Virus record (IMG/VR): IMGVR_UViG_3300032247_000914
Location: 7,084-71,083 of that record
Length of the DNA: 64,000 bases
Source: a virus
Taxonomy: Duplodnaviria; Caudoviricetes
Strand: one strand, 5' to 3'
Shown in pieces: positions 20,819-30,651 of the stretch. Position 1 is the first letter of the stretch. Every line of letters begins with the position of its first letter. The translations under genes and the position numbers were made by a program. The notes beneath the pieces are model-generated. The model searched no databases and was not told the DNA's origin. It worked only from the letters and a program-made list of their open reading frames with translations.

Positions 20819-21075
20819 TTTTGTTTCTTTCCAAGTTCGTGTTCTTTAACCATTTTGTACAAGGGATCAAACGGCTCGCCCCTACGTTCTAAAATATCTG
20901 GCCTTGCTTCTGCCAGCATACTGAGATAATATTCTTCAGGAAAATGCCGTAATACACCCCGAGCTCTATTACGAATATCTTTTGGCACTCTGGGAGTTTT
21001 TTTTGAATCAAGCAAATCTTCACATAAACTTCTAGCAAATACTATGGCACGATATCGTTCATCAGGTAATGTCAT
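20815..21075 (-). CDS. Hypothetical phage protein
   Basis: MTLPDERYRA; ATGA overlap. Confidence 0.6.
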   Translation of the reverse strand: MTLPDERYRAIVFARSLCEDLLDSKKTPRVPKDIRNRARGVLRHFPEEYYLSMLAEARPDILERRGEPFDPLYKMVKEHELGKKQK

Positions 21076-21275
21076 TTTGGAACCCAAAGGCCTCGTTGTA
21101 GATTGTGTTTTCGACATTCTTGCTTTACTTCAATAGGAATGTCTGGGCTAATTTCTGCTAGTTCACAATTATACACTCTTTCACCGTGCCTGGGCAAGAT
21201 AAAATATGACAAACAAAAGCCCAAAGACAAACAAATTAAAACAATTAGCAGTTCTCTATGTATTAGTTTCATCAT
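21072..21275 (-). CDS. Small membrane protein
   Basis: TM helix then CELAEISPDIP...CRK. Confidence 0.55.
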   Translation of the reverse strand: MMKLIHRELLIVLICLSLGFCLSYFILPRHGERVYNCELAEISPDIPIEVKQECRKHNLQRGLWVPK

Positions 21276-21858
21276 ATTTTTCCCTTTGTTTTTTCCATGC
21301 CTCGGCACGTTTTTCTTCACAAGGTTCACAGATAGTTCTCATCCAACCATTGCTACTGCCTGTGTTAGCAGGACCGCCACATCCTTCACAAGTAACGCCG
21401 CTCATGGATTCCGCCATGCTAACCAAGCCACGGATATAGTCATCGCCACCCGAGTAGTAAAAACGCAGTGTGCCAAACTTTTCCTTGACCTGGTCCAAGG
21501 TCACTTGCGCAATAAGGTTTGGAACATCACGAAACTTGGCCTTTTCAATATCTTCTTCAACGTGATCAAATGTATAATCAGTTGGAGTATCGCCAAAAGT
21601 GTAGTAACCAATCAGAGCAGTCTTGTTGCCGTTAAGGGCCTGTTTCAACGCACGATTATACCTCAATGCGCTGGCACGTTGACTGCGTTTCCAATCAATA
21701 TGATGTTGGATATTACCCATGAGTTGATTAAGGATATTGTACCAACCATCACCGCACTCAAAGCCCCAACACATACAAGTTTCTTTCATGTCCTTGTTAC
21801 GGTTCACCATCATCTTTGGATATTTCTCGCACAACAGTTTATCTAGTTCTTGTTTCAT
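21256..21858 (-). CDS. Hypothetical phage protein with C-terminal CxxC..CxxC
   Basis: FECGDGWY, QVKEKFGTLRFYY, CEGCG, ICEPC. Confidence 0.65.
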   Translation of the reverse strand: MKQELDKLLCEKYPKMMVNRNKDMKETCMCWGFECGDGWYNILNQLMGNIQHHIDWKRSQRASALRYNRALKQALNGNKTALIGYYTFGDTPTDYTFDHVEEDIEKAKFRDVPNLIAQVTLDQVKEKFGTLRFYYSGGDDYIRGLVSMAESMSGVTCEGCGGPANTGSSNGWMRTICEPCEEKRAEAWKKQREKYDETNT

Positions 21859-22109
21859 TTTATTTCATCCTCGGTTGTTATAAAATGACTGATAATCAAA
21901 TCCAGTGCTTCAATGGTACGCATATTGATAACCACATCATCAGGATGCAGCCATTTACCATCAGGGTTATTGGGACCTTTGGGATTCTTTTTCCATTCCT
22001 TAAGTTCTTTTTTAAGGTAGGCACGATAGTCCTTTAGGTTAAGACTGGTGATACGATCAGCAGTCTCTCCATCAATCCACTGATAGGGTTTGTGTTTATC
22101 CTTGCTCAT
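21855..22109 (-). CDS. Hypothetical phage protein
   Basis: Coupled ORF. Confidence 0.6.
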   Translation of the reverse strand: MSKDKHKPYQWIDGETADRITSLNLKDYRAYLKKELKEWKKNPKGPNNPDGKWLHPDDVVINMRTIEALDLIISHFITTEDEIK

Positions 22110-22681
22110 TAGCAGTCCTCAGATTTTATAAAATCTTGTTTGGAAATTTCACCGTTTTTAACTCTTTCAACCAAATCTGCCAATGCCAAATTAACATAGG
22201 CGTTGAGCGTGATATTACGTTTGTGAGCCTCAAGTGCCGCCTGTAACAGCATTTCATCTGACAAATTCAAAGGCACTAGAACGCCTGTATCATAAGTTTT
22301 GCCTTCTTTAATAGCTTGAGCTTTTTCCATAAAATCTTCTACAAGCTCTAAATCAACATACTCAATGGAGGTACCATCGTCCAATTCCCATGCTTGGTTC
22401 AAGTTAACGTCACGTTGTTTTGCTTCTAGTCTATGTTTTTCCTGTTTGTTTTCGGCAATCATACGATAAGCACGATCATTGGTATAGTCGTGTACGCATA
22501 CTTCGAACACACGTTGACTCTTGGTACTAAACACAATGGTAAAACTGTACCCGCCGTCCCCATGAACGCCGTTCCAACTGTCTAATGAATAGGCATGGTT
22601 GCCATAACAAGCCCAACCGTAGTCGTTGCCTTCGGTGATTTTATAGTCCACCAATTCCATAAATTCTTTCATTGTGATCAT
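22109..22681 (-). CDS. Hypothetical protein with C-terminal ribbon-helix-helix-like segment
   Basis: LSDEMLLQAALEAHKRNITLNAYVN. Confidence 0.6.
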   Translation of the reverse strand: MITMKEFMELVDYKITEGNDYGWACYGNHAYSLDSWNGVHGDGGYSFTIVFSTKSQRVFEVCVHDYTNDRAYRMIAENKQEKHRLEAKQRDVNLNQAWELDDGTSIEYVDLELVEDFMEKAQAIKEGKTYDTGVLVPLNLSDEMLLQAALEAHKRNITLNAYVNLALADLVERVKNGEISKQDFIKSEDC

Positions 22682-22959
22682 ATTGTTTCCTTTTCGTATT
22701 GTTTGGTAAGATAGTTCCAGTGCCTTACATCATATATTGTAGCACCAATACAATATCCTAGCAAGCCCACTATTACTCGAAGTCCGGCATGATCCCGCCT
22801 TGTTGTATATATAAACTCAAGATCAAAGATAGAGTTGGCATTATAATAATGCTCCAATTCCCAAGCCTTAGTTTTAATAAAAAATTTACCACCTATTGAA
22901 CCCAAAGGGTTAAATCTAGTGCCCCATGGATTTTCAATGTTAAATTGAATATGAATCAT
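22678..22959 (-). CDS. Hypothetical phage protein
   Basis: Coupled ORF. Confidence 0.55.
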   Translation of the reverse strand: MIHIQFNIENPWGTRFNPLGSIGGKFFIKTKAWELEHYYNANSIFDLEFIYTTRRDHAGLRVIVGLLGYCIGATIYDVRHWNYLTKQYEKETI

Positions 22960-23354
22960 CTTGTGGACCTTTCAATTTCTTTGTACCCTGCCCAACTTGG
23001 GTGAATTCCGTCTGGTTGTAGCCGTGTAATAGGCAGTACCGTGTCACCGTACTGTGCGGCTACCTTTTTAACTATATCTTGTATATCAGGTTTAATAGCT
23101 GGTAGTATCCAAAAAACTCGATCCGCTTTAGTAAGTTGTCGAATCGTTTGTAGTTCAGATTCAGTCTTCACATACTTGTGATCATTACTGCCAAGACTAA
23201 TGATAACTGTATTGGCTTGGTAAGGTGCTTTACCAATATTTTGGTTTACCCATTGCCAACTATTGATACCGCCTTTGGCATACGCAACACATTCTTGTTT
23301 AACTTGGTGTGTGCCTACAGCAATGCTGTCGCCCATTATCAAACACTCTATCAT
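22956..23354 (-). CDS. SGNH/GDSL hydrolase-like protein
   Basis: GDSIAVG, SLGSND, DGIHP. Confidence 0.75.
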   Translation of the reverse strand: MIECLIMGDSIAVGTHQVKQECVAYAKGGINSWQWVNQNIGKAPYQANTVIISLGSNDHKYVKTESELQTIRQLTKADRVFWILPAIKPDIQDIVKKVAAQYGDTVLPITRLQPDGIHPSWAGYKEIERSTR

Positions 23355-24556
23355 TTGAATACCTTTAGGATGATGATTTCTTCATTCAAACGACCATTCA
23401 TCACGGTCTCAGTGGCTTTTATTTTACCAAACCAAGTTTCAATTCTACGCTGTGTATTTTGTTCTTTGAATTCTTTGAGCTGTACATCAGGCTTGCGTAG
23501 AGTCTTTTGGAAACTCTTTTCAGTAAATTCAGTAATGCTGGTACCTTTAACGGCCAAACCTGCGGCTGTTTTGGCAATGTAGATACCAAATTTACGCAAC
23601 TTGGTATTATAAACCACGGCGCCTTGGGCACCAATCAACTGTGCTGGAGGTACACTGGTAATTCCCAACTTGTCGTCACCAACTTTAAATTTGACACGTT
23701 TGACCAATTCTTCAGCAGGCTTGGCCTTCTTAGCACGTGGCTTTTTAAGCACTTTGGCTTCTGCGGCAATTTGATCACATGCGGTAGCAATACTTTCGTA
23801 AAACTCAATTAGCTTTTTAACATTTTTGCGGCTGTTTTTACTGTATGCTTCGCGCAACTGTTCATCGGCATTGCCACTGGCCAGTTCATGCAACTCATCC
23901 ATGTCACGTTGGAAAAAACTTTTGATATATCGAGCCTGTGCTGCCTTGGCGCCTTTGCCACGCAACAAATTGGCAATTTTAAATTCTTTTGGATCAAATG
24001 ATTCTGGATCCATAATCCAGCTGTCAATGGCTGCATCCAATTCTTCGCTCATAGCAACTGCCTGCTCACGAATACGATCCTGTATACTGACCACAGGAGC
24101 AGACACTTTGGCTATTTTATCTTCTGGGACAACTTCGATATCGTATTTGCCATCTTCAACAATTTTGGCAATTTCTTTCTTTAACCAATCAACAGAACTT
24201 TTGCCATTGTTGAAATCTGATCGAACATCTGGCATACCCTTCAACAAACAAAGAGCAATACTACCCATAGTGGTATGAACACGCCAATCTTTGGTTTTCT
24301 TAAACTCCTGAATCTGTTCTTTGGTGTAATCGTTACGACCCATCCAATTGATCACCGCAGGTTTGAAGGTCTTTGCGTCGCCTTCAAGTCTGTAATAATT
24401 CATTGCATTGTGCCAGTGAATGCCATACTCAGTGGCAGTCATTGTGCCAACATGATCCCACTTGGGACTGTAATCTCGTTTGGCGTTCTCTCGAATAGTA
24501 ACGCTGGTAATCTTTTTTGTCTTGGGTTTAATTTTAACCCCTGCCACTGTAGCCAT
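23351..24556 (-). CDS. Hypothetical early protein (401 aa)
   Basis: Long ORF with GGAG RBS directly behind a sigma70 promoter. Confidence 0.7.
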   Translation of the reverse strand: MATVAGVKIKPKTKKITSVTIRENAKRDYSPKWDHVGTMTATEYGIHWHNAMNYYRLEGDAKTFKPAVINWMGRNDYTKEQIQEFKKTKDWRVHTTMGSIALCLLKGMPDVRSDFNNGKSSVDWLKKEIAKIVEDGKYDIEVVPEDKIAKVSAPVVSIQDRIREQAVAMSEELDAAIDSWIMDPESFDPKEFKIANLLRGKGAKAAQARYIKSFFQRDMDELHELASGNADEQLREAYSKNSRKNVKKLIEFYESIATACDQIAAEAKVLKKPRAKKAKPAEELVKRVKFKVGDDKLGITSVPPAQLIGAQGAVVYNTKLRKFGIYIAKTAAGLAVKGTSITEFTEKSFQKTLRKPDVQLKEFKEQNTQRRIETWFGKIKATETVMNGRLNEEIIILKVFK

Positions 24557-24588
24557 TTTTGCTCCTATAGTGTGTTAAACATACTGTT

Positions 24589-24617
24589 ATTATATAGCCG
24601 TACTGGCTCAAAGTCAA
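24589..24617 (-). promoter_or_regulatory. sigma70-type promoter
   Basis: TTGACT-17-TATAAT. Confidence 0.8.
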
Positions 24618-25180
24618 GCGACTTTTAGGAGGTTTTTACCAAAAAACGGCATGATTTCAAGAGGAATAAACCCGGTTTTGTCTCGTTCTGGGTGCCAAAC
24701 TACGCCTGCTATATTGTGATCTATCCACGCTTCACAATGCCCGTCTTCGTCCTGCGCCAGTATTCGAGCACTTTTTGGCAGTGTTTTGATGTAGTAACGA
24801 TGACTACTATTCACACTATATTCAACCCCGTTGTGGATAACTTTGTGGATAACTCCTCTATGCCCGTCCTTGCGTCCTGTAGTTCCACCTAGGAATTTGG
24901 TAAGCAAAAATGCCCCATGACAAACCCCTACAACAGGTTTATTTCGCTTGAGCATAGCAATGAGCATCCTACGCTCTGTGCGCCTGCGTACGGGGCGATT
25001 ATCGCCCCCTGTGACTATGAAAACGTCGGCATTATCTGCTAGAGCATCAAAGTCTTGATCCAATCGATTGGGAATAAACGTCAAATCGTGCCCGTCCAAA
25101 AAGGTATACCATGCGTTTTCAATAGCATCGTATATCTTTCCTTCACGTTCAATTGTACGTTTACTTAATGCGATTTTCAT
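24614..25180 (-). CDS. Class I glutamine amidotransferase / peptidase C26-like
   Basis: VTGGD, GVCHG nucleophile elbow, WHPE. Confidence 0.85.
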   Translation of the reverse strand: MKIALSKRTIEREGKIYDAIENAWYTFLDGHDLTFIPNRLDQDFDALADNADVFIVTGGDNRPVRRRTERRMLIAMLKRNKPVVGVCHGAFLLTKFLGGTTGRKDGHRGVIHKVIHNGVEYSVNSSHRYYIKTLPKSARILAQDEDGHCEAWIDHNIAGVVWHPERDKTGFIPLEIMPFFGKNLLKVA

Positions 25181-25782
25181 TCATCATCTTCCCATTCAAC
25201 GGCTACCCAACCCAATTTCTTCAAATCTTCACGGATTTCATCTGTAACTACACCTTCGGGAACATATTGGGTTCCATCAGCACCAGTCAAACCGTTTCCC
25301 AATTCTTCATTGCCAATACCGCTACAATACCATTCAATGTAGTCGCCCTGTTCGCGCATGTCGGCGATGATACCACCGCTGTGTCGCCAACTACAACTCC
25401 AACGCTGATTCTTTAAAATTGGTATAACATCCAACTTTTGGAACTGCATGTTACACATGGCCGCATACAAGTTTTGAGCATAGCTGTCACTGGCTTTGAC
25501 TTTATCGCAAATCCATTTGGTACTGCGGAGATCGTACTCCATGTTGTTTTTTTGCCAATTAGGATCTTTTAATTGTTCTGCTTCTTGCTCACGCCAAGTC
25601 TTGAACATGGCAACATAGTTGGAATTGGGCTCTTCACCCTTTTCCTCACAGCGTTTGATATACCCTTCTTTTTGAAAGGTATGGCGCTCGGGACTACTGT
25701 TTATTTTGAAATTGGTACTCACGTTTAATCCACCATTTGTATTTGTTGAAATATTCCGACATGCTATGGACGGAGTCTCCAT
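25177..25782 (-). CDS. Hypothetical phage protein (true start probably ~60 nt downstream)
   Basis: YAQNLYAAMCN, WSCSWRHSGGIIA, YIEWYCSG. Confidence 0.6.
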   Translation of the reverse strand: METPSIACRNISTNTNGGLNVSTNFKINSSPERHTFQKEGYIKRCEEKGEEPNSNYVAMFKTWREQEAEQLKDPNWQKNNMEYDLRSTKWICDKVKASDSYAQNLYAAMCNMQFQKLDVIPILKNQRWSCSWRHSGGIIADMREQGDYIEWYCSGIGNEELGNGLTGADGTQYVPEGVVTDEIREDLKKLGWVAVEWEDDE

Positions 25783-25879
25783 ATAGGTAACGCTCTTCGT
25801 TATTGTCTAACCAAAGATTATGTACCCATAATCGAAACTTACTTGGTTTTTGGTGATTTAAATTGTTTGACATTGGCAA
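25694..25879 (-). CDS. Hypothetical protein
   Basis: Short co-oriented ORF overlapping neighbours. Confidence 0.5.
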   Translation of the reverse strand: MPMSNNLNHQKPSKFRLWVHNLWLDNNEERYLYGDSVHSMSEYFNKYKWWIKREYQFQNKQ

Positions 25880-26177
25880 CGGCTTTCTTTAGTGTTTCAG
25901 AATAGTTAAGAGCCTGTTGTTCGGACATAATTAGGCTCGCCTCGTACTCAACATAACCCTTGGTCAACAGGGTCCAAATGATTTTAAAACGATTAAATTC
26001 CCACCACTTGGTCTTTTGTTGAGTATAGGTAGTTACGGTAACACCAGTTTCATCTGCTTCAATCCAAACATTGTGCTGATGGTTGGGATCAGTACATTCG
26101 CAAGGCACTCCATACATGACAGAGTCACCCCACTCTTTGTGTAGGTAAATGCCTTCGGCAGGTATTTGTGCTTTCAT
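25839..26177 (-). CDS. Hypothetical phage protein
   Basis: CECTDPNH; coupled ORF. Confidence 0.6.
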   Translation of the reverse strand: MKAQIPAEGIYLHKEWGDSVMYGVPCECTDPNHQHNVWIEADETGVTVTTYTQQKTKWWEFNRFKIIWTLLTKGYVEYEASLIMSEQQALNYSETLKKAVANVKQFKSPKTK

Positions 26178-26416
26178 TGCAATATTTTATTTTGTGTGGT
26201 GTTCGCTGAGCTCAATGCGATAATGGCTTCTAGATCTTCTTCAGTGGGATCTTCAAAATCAATCACACGACTCATTTCCTTAATTTCTTCATGGGTCTTG
26301 CCTTCAAACATATTTTTGATTTCGGCAATGAATTCATCCAGCTCTTCTTGAGTGCCTTCAAATTGGTCAAAGGCGCCGGGAGCAAATGTTACACGAACTT
26401 TCTTTTCTTCAGTCAT
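26174..26416 (-). CDS. Hypothetical acidic protein
   Basis: Coupled ORF. Confidence 0.6.
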   Translation of the reverse strand: MTEEKKVRVTFAPGAFDQFEGTQEELDEFIAEIKNMFEGKTHEEIKEMSRVIDFEDPTEEDLEAIIALSSANTTQNKILQ

Positions 26417-26417
26417 A

Positions 26418-27242
26418 TTAGGTCCATAGTGATTGACGAATTTTGATTAAACGAATCATCATAGCTTCATCTTCTTTTTCATAAGCCGCTTCAATTTTTT
26501 GTAGCAGTTTATGTGCCTTATCGCTTTGCTTGCGGAGCACAGGGTCTTTTGATGTGCTAAAACTTAGTCGACCGCCATTGGCCGCTCGCTGTGCTTCACA
26601 TGCCGCAGTCCACCCACTTGCTTCGTAAGGATCAGGACGATTGCGATATGTAACAGTCCACCATACATACAGTTCTTTAATTTCCTTTGCGGCCTTGGCT
26701 TGGTAAGTTGGCTCTTCTTTCTCACCTTCTTTGATAAACTCTTTGTTGGTAAGAGTAGCGGCCCAATCTAAGTGAGCAAGTCCAGCCTCTGGACAACGCC
26801 AAGTGCGCCAGCGAAGCCAGCCACGACGCCACCATGGGGGTGAGTATTTTGCGCGAGCTTCTTCATCCCAAATACAGGTATGCCATGCTTGTTCTATTTC
26901 AACAAAATCCACAAGCTCGTTAAACAAACAAGGAAGGATGCGGTGACCAACATCTTGCCATTGTCCCGGTTTGATGTCGCGAGCATGTGCTGTAAGCTGA
27001 TGGCTATGAGAGACCCAGCGATTATTAACGTAATATCGGACATCATTTAGCCTATCTGGTATGTAAAGGAAAAACCCTTGGATGTTGTCAAGCAATTCTT
27101 CAGCAACCCAATAACGAAAGTTATGTCGCATTTGGGCAGTGGTACGCCATTCGTCCCATTCTTCACTGGTGGCCGCACTAAGTTTATTAGTGCCGCGAAT
27201 CCAATCTGCAAATTTTGTGCATGACCAATATGTACTACGCAT
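26418..27242 (-). CDS. Hypothetical Trp-rich phage protein
   Basis: 274 aa ORF. Confidence 0.65.
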   Translation of the reverse strand: MRSTYWSCTKFADWIRGTNKLSAATSEEWDEWRTTAQMRHNFRYWVAEELLDNIQGFFLYIPDRLNDVRYYVNNRWVSHSHQLTAHARDIKPGQWQDVGHRILPCLFNELVDFVEIEQAWHTCIWDEEARAKYSPPWWRRGWLRWRTWRCPEAGLAHLDWAATLTNKEFIKEGEKEEPTYQAKAAKEIKELYVWWTVTYRNRPDPYEASGWTAACEAQRAANGGRLSFSTSKDPVLRKQSDKAHKLLQKIEAAYEKEDEAMMIRLIKIRQSLWT

Positions 27243-27642
27243 AAATTTCTTCTTTTAGATATCTGATTAATTCTTTATCAGTAGGTTGGACAGAGTAGTT
27301 ATGTTTGAAGAATATCTCATAACTGTCACTGCCATATTTACCGATGCCATACAACATTGTAGCATCATTTCCGTCCCAAGTCAAGAAATCTTCGCTCATT
27401 TTCATTAAACGCTTGTATCGGATATTTACCATGCCCAGGGGTTCGATGATACTTTTGATAAATTCCTCTTCGGAATTCAGCAGTGCATAGGGAGTAGGAA
27501 ACCAGTAGAGAAATTCTGGCAAGGTCATTTTAACTGGTTTTCTACCAGTTTGGTTAAGCATGATTACACCTACCATGTGTTGCCATGCACCATTGATTTG
27601 TTGTTGTACCATTAAATCATCGCGTAATGGTTCAAAAAACAT
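27235..27642 (-). CDS. HhH-GPD DNA glycosylase, MBD4-like
   Basis: VIMLNQT, IEPLGM, LYGIGKYGSDSYEIF, PTDKEL. Confidence 0.75.
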   Translation of the reverse strand: MFFEPLRDDLMVQQQINGAWQHMVGVIMLNQTGRKPVKMTLPEFLYWFPTPYALLNSEEEFIKSIIEPLGMVNIRYKRLMKMSEDFLTWDGNDATMLYGIGKYGSDSYEIFFKHNYSVQPTDKELIRYLKEEIYA

Positions 27643-27643
27643 A

Positions 27644-28012
27644 TTATTCTTTCTTCAAAAATGGTTTTAAATTAGGAGGAACCCAACCGATTGGTTTGAG
27701 AACCTTACCGTCATCGCGCTTACGCACTTTGCCAGTTTCTTTATCTACCTTAGCAAAGTTAGTACTCATAACTTCTTTCCAACCACCCTCTGGATCGGCG
27801 CCCATAGAGTGCATAGCCCCAATACAAACAACCACAATATCCAACAATGCATCAAACTGTTCTTGTTCATCGTTATTGGCAATTGCCACTAGTAGTTCTT
27901 TGAACTCTTCTTCAACTAAATTCAAGTACATATTGTACTGTGATTCATTCATTGTGTCAACTGATTGATCACATGCCCGCATAAATTTTTCTTGATCACG
28001 AAATGGGTTCAT
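27644..28012 (-). CDS. MazG-like nucleoside triphosphate pyrophosphohydrolase
   Basis: VEEEFKEL, FDALLDIVVV, VMSTNFAK, DGKVLKP.GW. Confidence 0.8.
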   Translation of the reverse strand: MNPFRDQEKFMRACDQSVDTMNESQYNMYLNLVEEEFKELLVAIANNDEQEQFDALLDIVVVCIGAMHSMGADPEGGWKEVMSTNFAKVDKETGKVRKRDDGKVLKPIGWVPPNLKPFLKKE

Positions 28013-28013
28013 T

Positions 28014-28193
28014 TTATTCTACCAATGTTAATTGTTTTTCGTTATAGATGTGCAACGCACCCGCCACTTCAGGAGTAGTACATTCCACTACTACTCTGCG
28101 TTCGCCGGCCAATGTATCAAAGGCCGCTACAACAATGCCTGGCCATTTGTACCCACTGACTTTTTCCACTCGATCACCAATTTTAAAATTCAT
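28014..28193 (-). CDS. DfrB/R67 (type II DHFR)-like SH3-fold protein, 59 aa
   Basis: Missed by track; MNFKIGDRVEKVSGYKWPGIVV...VVE...GALHIYNEKQL follows the R67 pattern GDRVxKxSGxxWxGxIV...VE...GxxxIY. Confidence 0.65.
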   Translation of the reverse strand: MNFKIGDRVEKVSGYKWPGIVVAAFDTLAGERRVVVECTTPEVAGALHIYNEKQLTLVE

Positions 28194-28194
28194 A

Positions 28195-28431
28195 TTAACC
28201 TCTCATACCTGTTGTAGATTTGGATACAGTTGGGCCGTCAGTGATAAAATCAAATCCACTCATACGACCTTCATAATGCCTGCCGTTCCAAATCATGTTC
28301 ATTTTTACTGATTTATTTAACACCACAGTCAAATTTCGTTTTTCATTAAAGTGAAGAACTTCTGCTTCAACTGATTTATTGGTTTTTTCCTGTTTAACAA
28401 CGCACTTGTCACCGACTCTTGTCACTTCCAT
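28195..28431 (-). CDS. Hypothetical protein
   Basis: Coupled ORF. Confidence 0.6.
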   Translation of the reverse strand: MEVTRVGDKCVVKQEKTNKSVEAEVLHFNEKRNLTVVLNKSVKMNMIWNGRHYEGRMSGFDFITDGPTVSKSTTGMRG

Positions 28432-28732
28432 TTGGATTTCCCCATCTTAGATAAAATTCACTTAGTTTCTTTGATTCAAGTTCTGCTGTTATGACATACC
28501 TGTGTCCGTAAGTAGCATAGTCTAGTTGTCTATTCCACATTGGCTTATCAAGTGAGTTTTCCATGATAAACTTACCCGGCTCACTGATTTGCCATTCATA
28601 CAGTGATTGTCCTGCCCATAAGTCCGGATCTTCTACATCGCCCATATAAAACTGATGAACTACAACCTTGTGAATTTCTTCAACAAATTCCTGTCCATCT
28701 TCTTCTTTGACTTTAAATCTTATTGCTGCCAC
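28409..28732 (-). CDS. Hypothetical phage protein
   Basis: FYMGDVEDPDLWAG. Confidence 0.6.
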   Translation of the reverse strand: MAAIRFKVKEEDGQEFVEEIHKVVVHQFYMGDVEDPDLWAGQSLYEWQISEPGKFIMENSLDKPMWNRQLDYATYGHRYVITAELESKKLSEFYLRWGNPNGSDKSR

Positions 28733-29049
28733 GATAAATGGAATACAGTTATAAACTTTTCAGCATCATGTTTGGATTCAAAATCCCACATATCCCATGC
28801 CTTACGATAACAATTAGGCCAATTTTTTAATTTGTCGCCAACCCAATTGATACATTCGTCTAATTTTGTAGAAGGAATATAATTGCCGGCATCATCAGAA
28901 GAACCAAAATCTTCTACAATTTGTAAACGATACCAGTAGTTTGGTCCGTTGGCTCTACGATGCAGTGTGGGTCTGATCACAGTAGGTTTTTTTATCCAAG
29001 TTCGAAGTGCTTTGTCTAAACGATCAAATGCCGCTACGTCAACTCGCAT
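28720..29049 (-). CDS. Hypothetical phage protein
   Basis: Start reassigned to MRVDVAAF. Confidence 0.55.
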   Translation of the reverse strand: MRVDVAAFDRLDKALRTWIKKPTVIRPTLHRRANGPNYWYRLQIVEDFGSSDDAGNYIPSTKLDECINWVGDKLKNWPNCYRKAWDMWDFESKHDAEKFITVFHLSWQQ

Positions 29050-29521
29050 TGGTCTTTTTTCGTTTAGCAAAGTATTTGCGCTTTGGCCTAGCTTCTTTGT
29101 TAAACATTGGGGGATGGGCAACATCCGTTTTTGATTTTTCCAAAGCCGCATGAATATCATCTGCGCTGATTTCGTTATCCTCTTCAGCCAACTGTTCTTC
29201 AAATCTATCAAATTCTTCAATAGTAAGACCCAGCTGTGATAATTTCTTATCCACAGAATCAACATCTTCTTTGGAAATTTCTTTTCTAAAAGTGCCCACC
29301 GGACCTCGATCATCTTGACTGATATTATGCCAAGTTCTTACTTCCAACAAGGCTTCAATTTCATTTGGAATGGCAATGATATAATGAGGTTCATCATTAT
29401 ATCCTGCATGTTCCAGACTAAAACTATGAATGATTGTTCCCTTGGTAAGTCGATTGCGATTACGGCTAATACCGTATACCCAAACGGTGTCGCCTAGTTC
29501 GTATTTTGTTTTAATTGTCAT
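29039..29521 (-). CDS. Hypothetical phage protein
   Basis: 160 aa ORF. Confidence 0.6.
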   Translation of the reverse strand: MTIKTKYELGDTVWVYGISRNRNRLTKGTIIHSFSLEHAGYNDEPHYIIAIPNEIEALLEVRTWHNISQDDRGPVGTFRKEISKEDVDSVDKKLSQLGLTIEEFDRFEEQLAEEDNEISADDIHAALEKSKTDVAHPPMFNKEARPKRKYFAKRKKTNAS

Positions 29522-29526
29522 AATTG

Positions 29527-29694
29527 TTAGGCCGAAGCCTTTTCCTTGCCTTGAGTTTCAAGAAGATCTTTTACAAACTTGATAGCCTTGCTATCTCGAT
29601 CATAAACGTATTCTTGATCCTCATCATCGTCCGACCTCAGTGTCACAATAACACCATTTTTGACCTTACGAATTTCTATACTTTCGAATACCAT
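29527..29694 (-). CDS. Hypothetical protein (55 aa)
   Basis: Missed by track; MVFESIEIRKVKNGVIVTLRSDD; AAGGAA upstream. Confidence 0.55.
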   Translation of the reverse strand: MVFESIEIRKVKNGVIVTLRSDDDEDQEYVYDRDSKAIKFVKDLLETQGKEKASA

Positions 29695-29711
29695 GGGAAA
29701 GTTCCTTTCTG

Positions 29712-30434
29712 TTATTTTGGAACTGATAGATTGTAGTTAAAATGGAAAATACCAATGTGTGCTACTTCTCTGCTCAATTCTTGATCGCACCAAATTTCAT
29801 ATCCTGCTTTTTGTGCTTGTTGACAAAAGAAAATATCCTCACCAATTTCAAGATTAAGTTCAGGAACATATTCTTGTAGGTAGTGCGGCTGAGGAATTTT
29901 TTCATACACTTCACGCTTACACAACACCATGCCATGTGGCAACACATCAATAAGTTCCATTGCTGGACTGTTGTCTGTAGTTTGGAATTCTGTAAACTGA
30001 CCACTCTTTCCCATCATGCCTGTAAAGTTAGGATTAGGGAAACGACGACGACGATAGTTAGCACCCACAATTGGTTTGTTACGTGCCAACATTCGCATTG
30101 GGGCATCAATTGGGAATTTCATATCACTATCAACCCACCAAATGTAATCAAAATCTGATTTCAAAAAGATATCAACTAGATTACGTCTAGCAATAGTGAT
30201 AACACTACCAATATTAAAGGCACAATTAATTTTAATTCCGTTAGCCACCATGTTGGCACAGGCCATGGCCAAGTGCTGTGCAAATTCAGCATTAACCATT
30301 TCCATTGCTGGAACTGCCACCATAACACTGGGTCGTCTTCCGCCTTGTTGTACAGCACCCTGTGCCGTGGCCGCGGGAGCAGTAGGTTTAGCCATCGGAG
30401 GACGGCTTGGAATGTTTAGTTTAGATTTTTTCAT
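29712..30434 (-). CDS. Glycosyltransferase family 2-like
   Basis: WWVDSDM DXD; GEDIFFC. Confidence 0.75.
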   Translation of the reverse strand: MKKSKLNIPSRPPMAKPTAPAATAQGAVQQGGRRPSVMVAVPAMEMVNAEFAQHLAMACANMVANGIKINCAFNIGSVITIARRNLVDIFLKSDFDYIWWVDSDMKFPIDAPMRMLARNKPIVGANYRRRRFPNPNFTGMMGKSGQFTEFQTTDNSPAMELIDVLPHGMVLCKREVYEKIPQPHYLQEYVPELNLEIGEDIFFCQQAQKAGYEIWCDQELSREVAHIGIFHFNYNLSVPK

Positions 30435-30444
30435 TTTTTACCTT

Positions 30445-30639
30445 TTAATAATCTACGTCTAGTTGAAGTGCTTCCTTGATCACTTCAAACAGTTCTTCTT
30501 GAGACGAGCAAAGGACCTTGCAGGTCTTCCAATCATTGTCATTATCGCGTCCACCAACTTCAATCATGAAGCCGTTGTCGTAACGATTCACAGTAAACGA
30601 TTCGTTTACTTTTGCCAGTTTGCCTAATTGTTTTGCCAT
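30445..30639 (-). CDS. Hypothetical protein
   Basis: AAAGGAA RBS. Confidence 0.6.
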   Translation of the reverse strand: MAKQLGKLAKVNESFTVNRYDNGFMIEVGGRDNDNDWKTCKVLCSSQEELFEVIKEALQLDVDY

Positions 30640-30651
30640 TTTATCTTTCCT

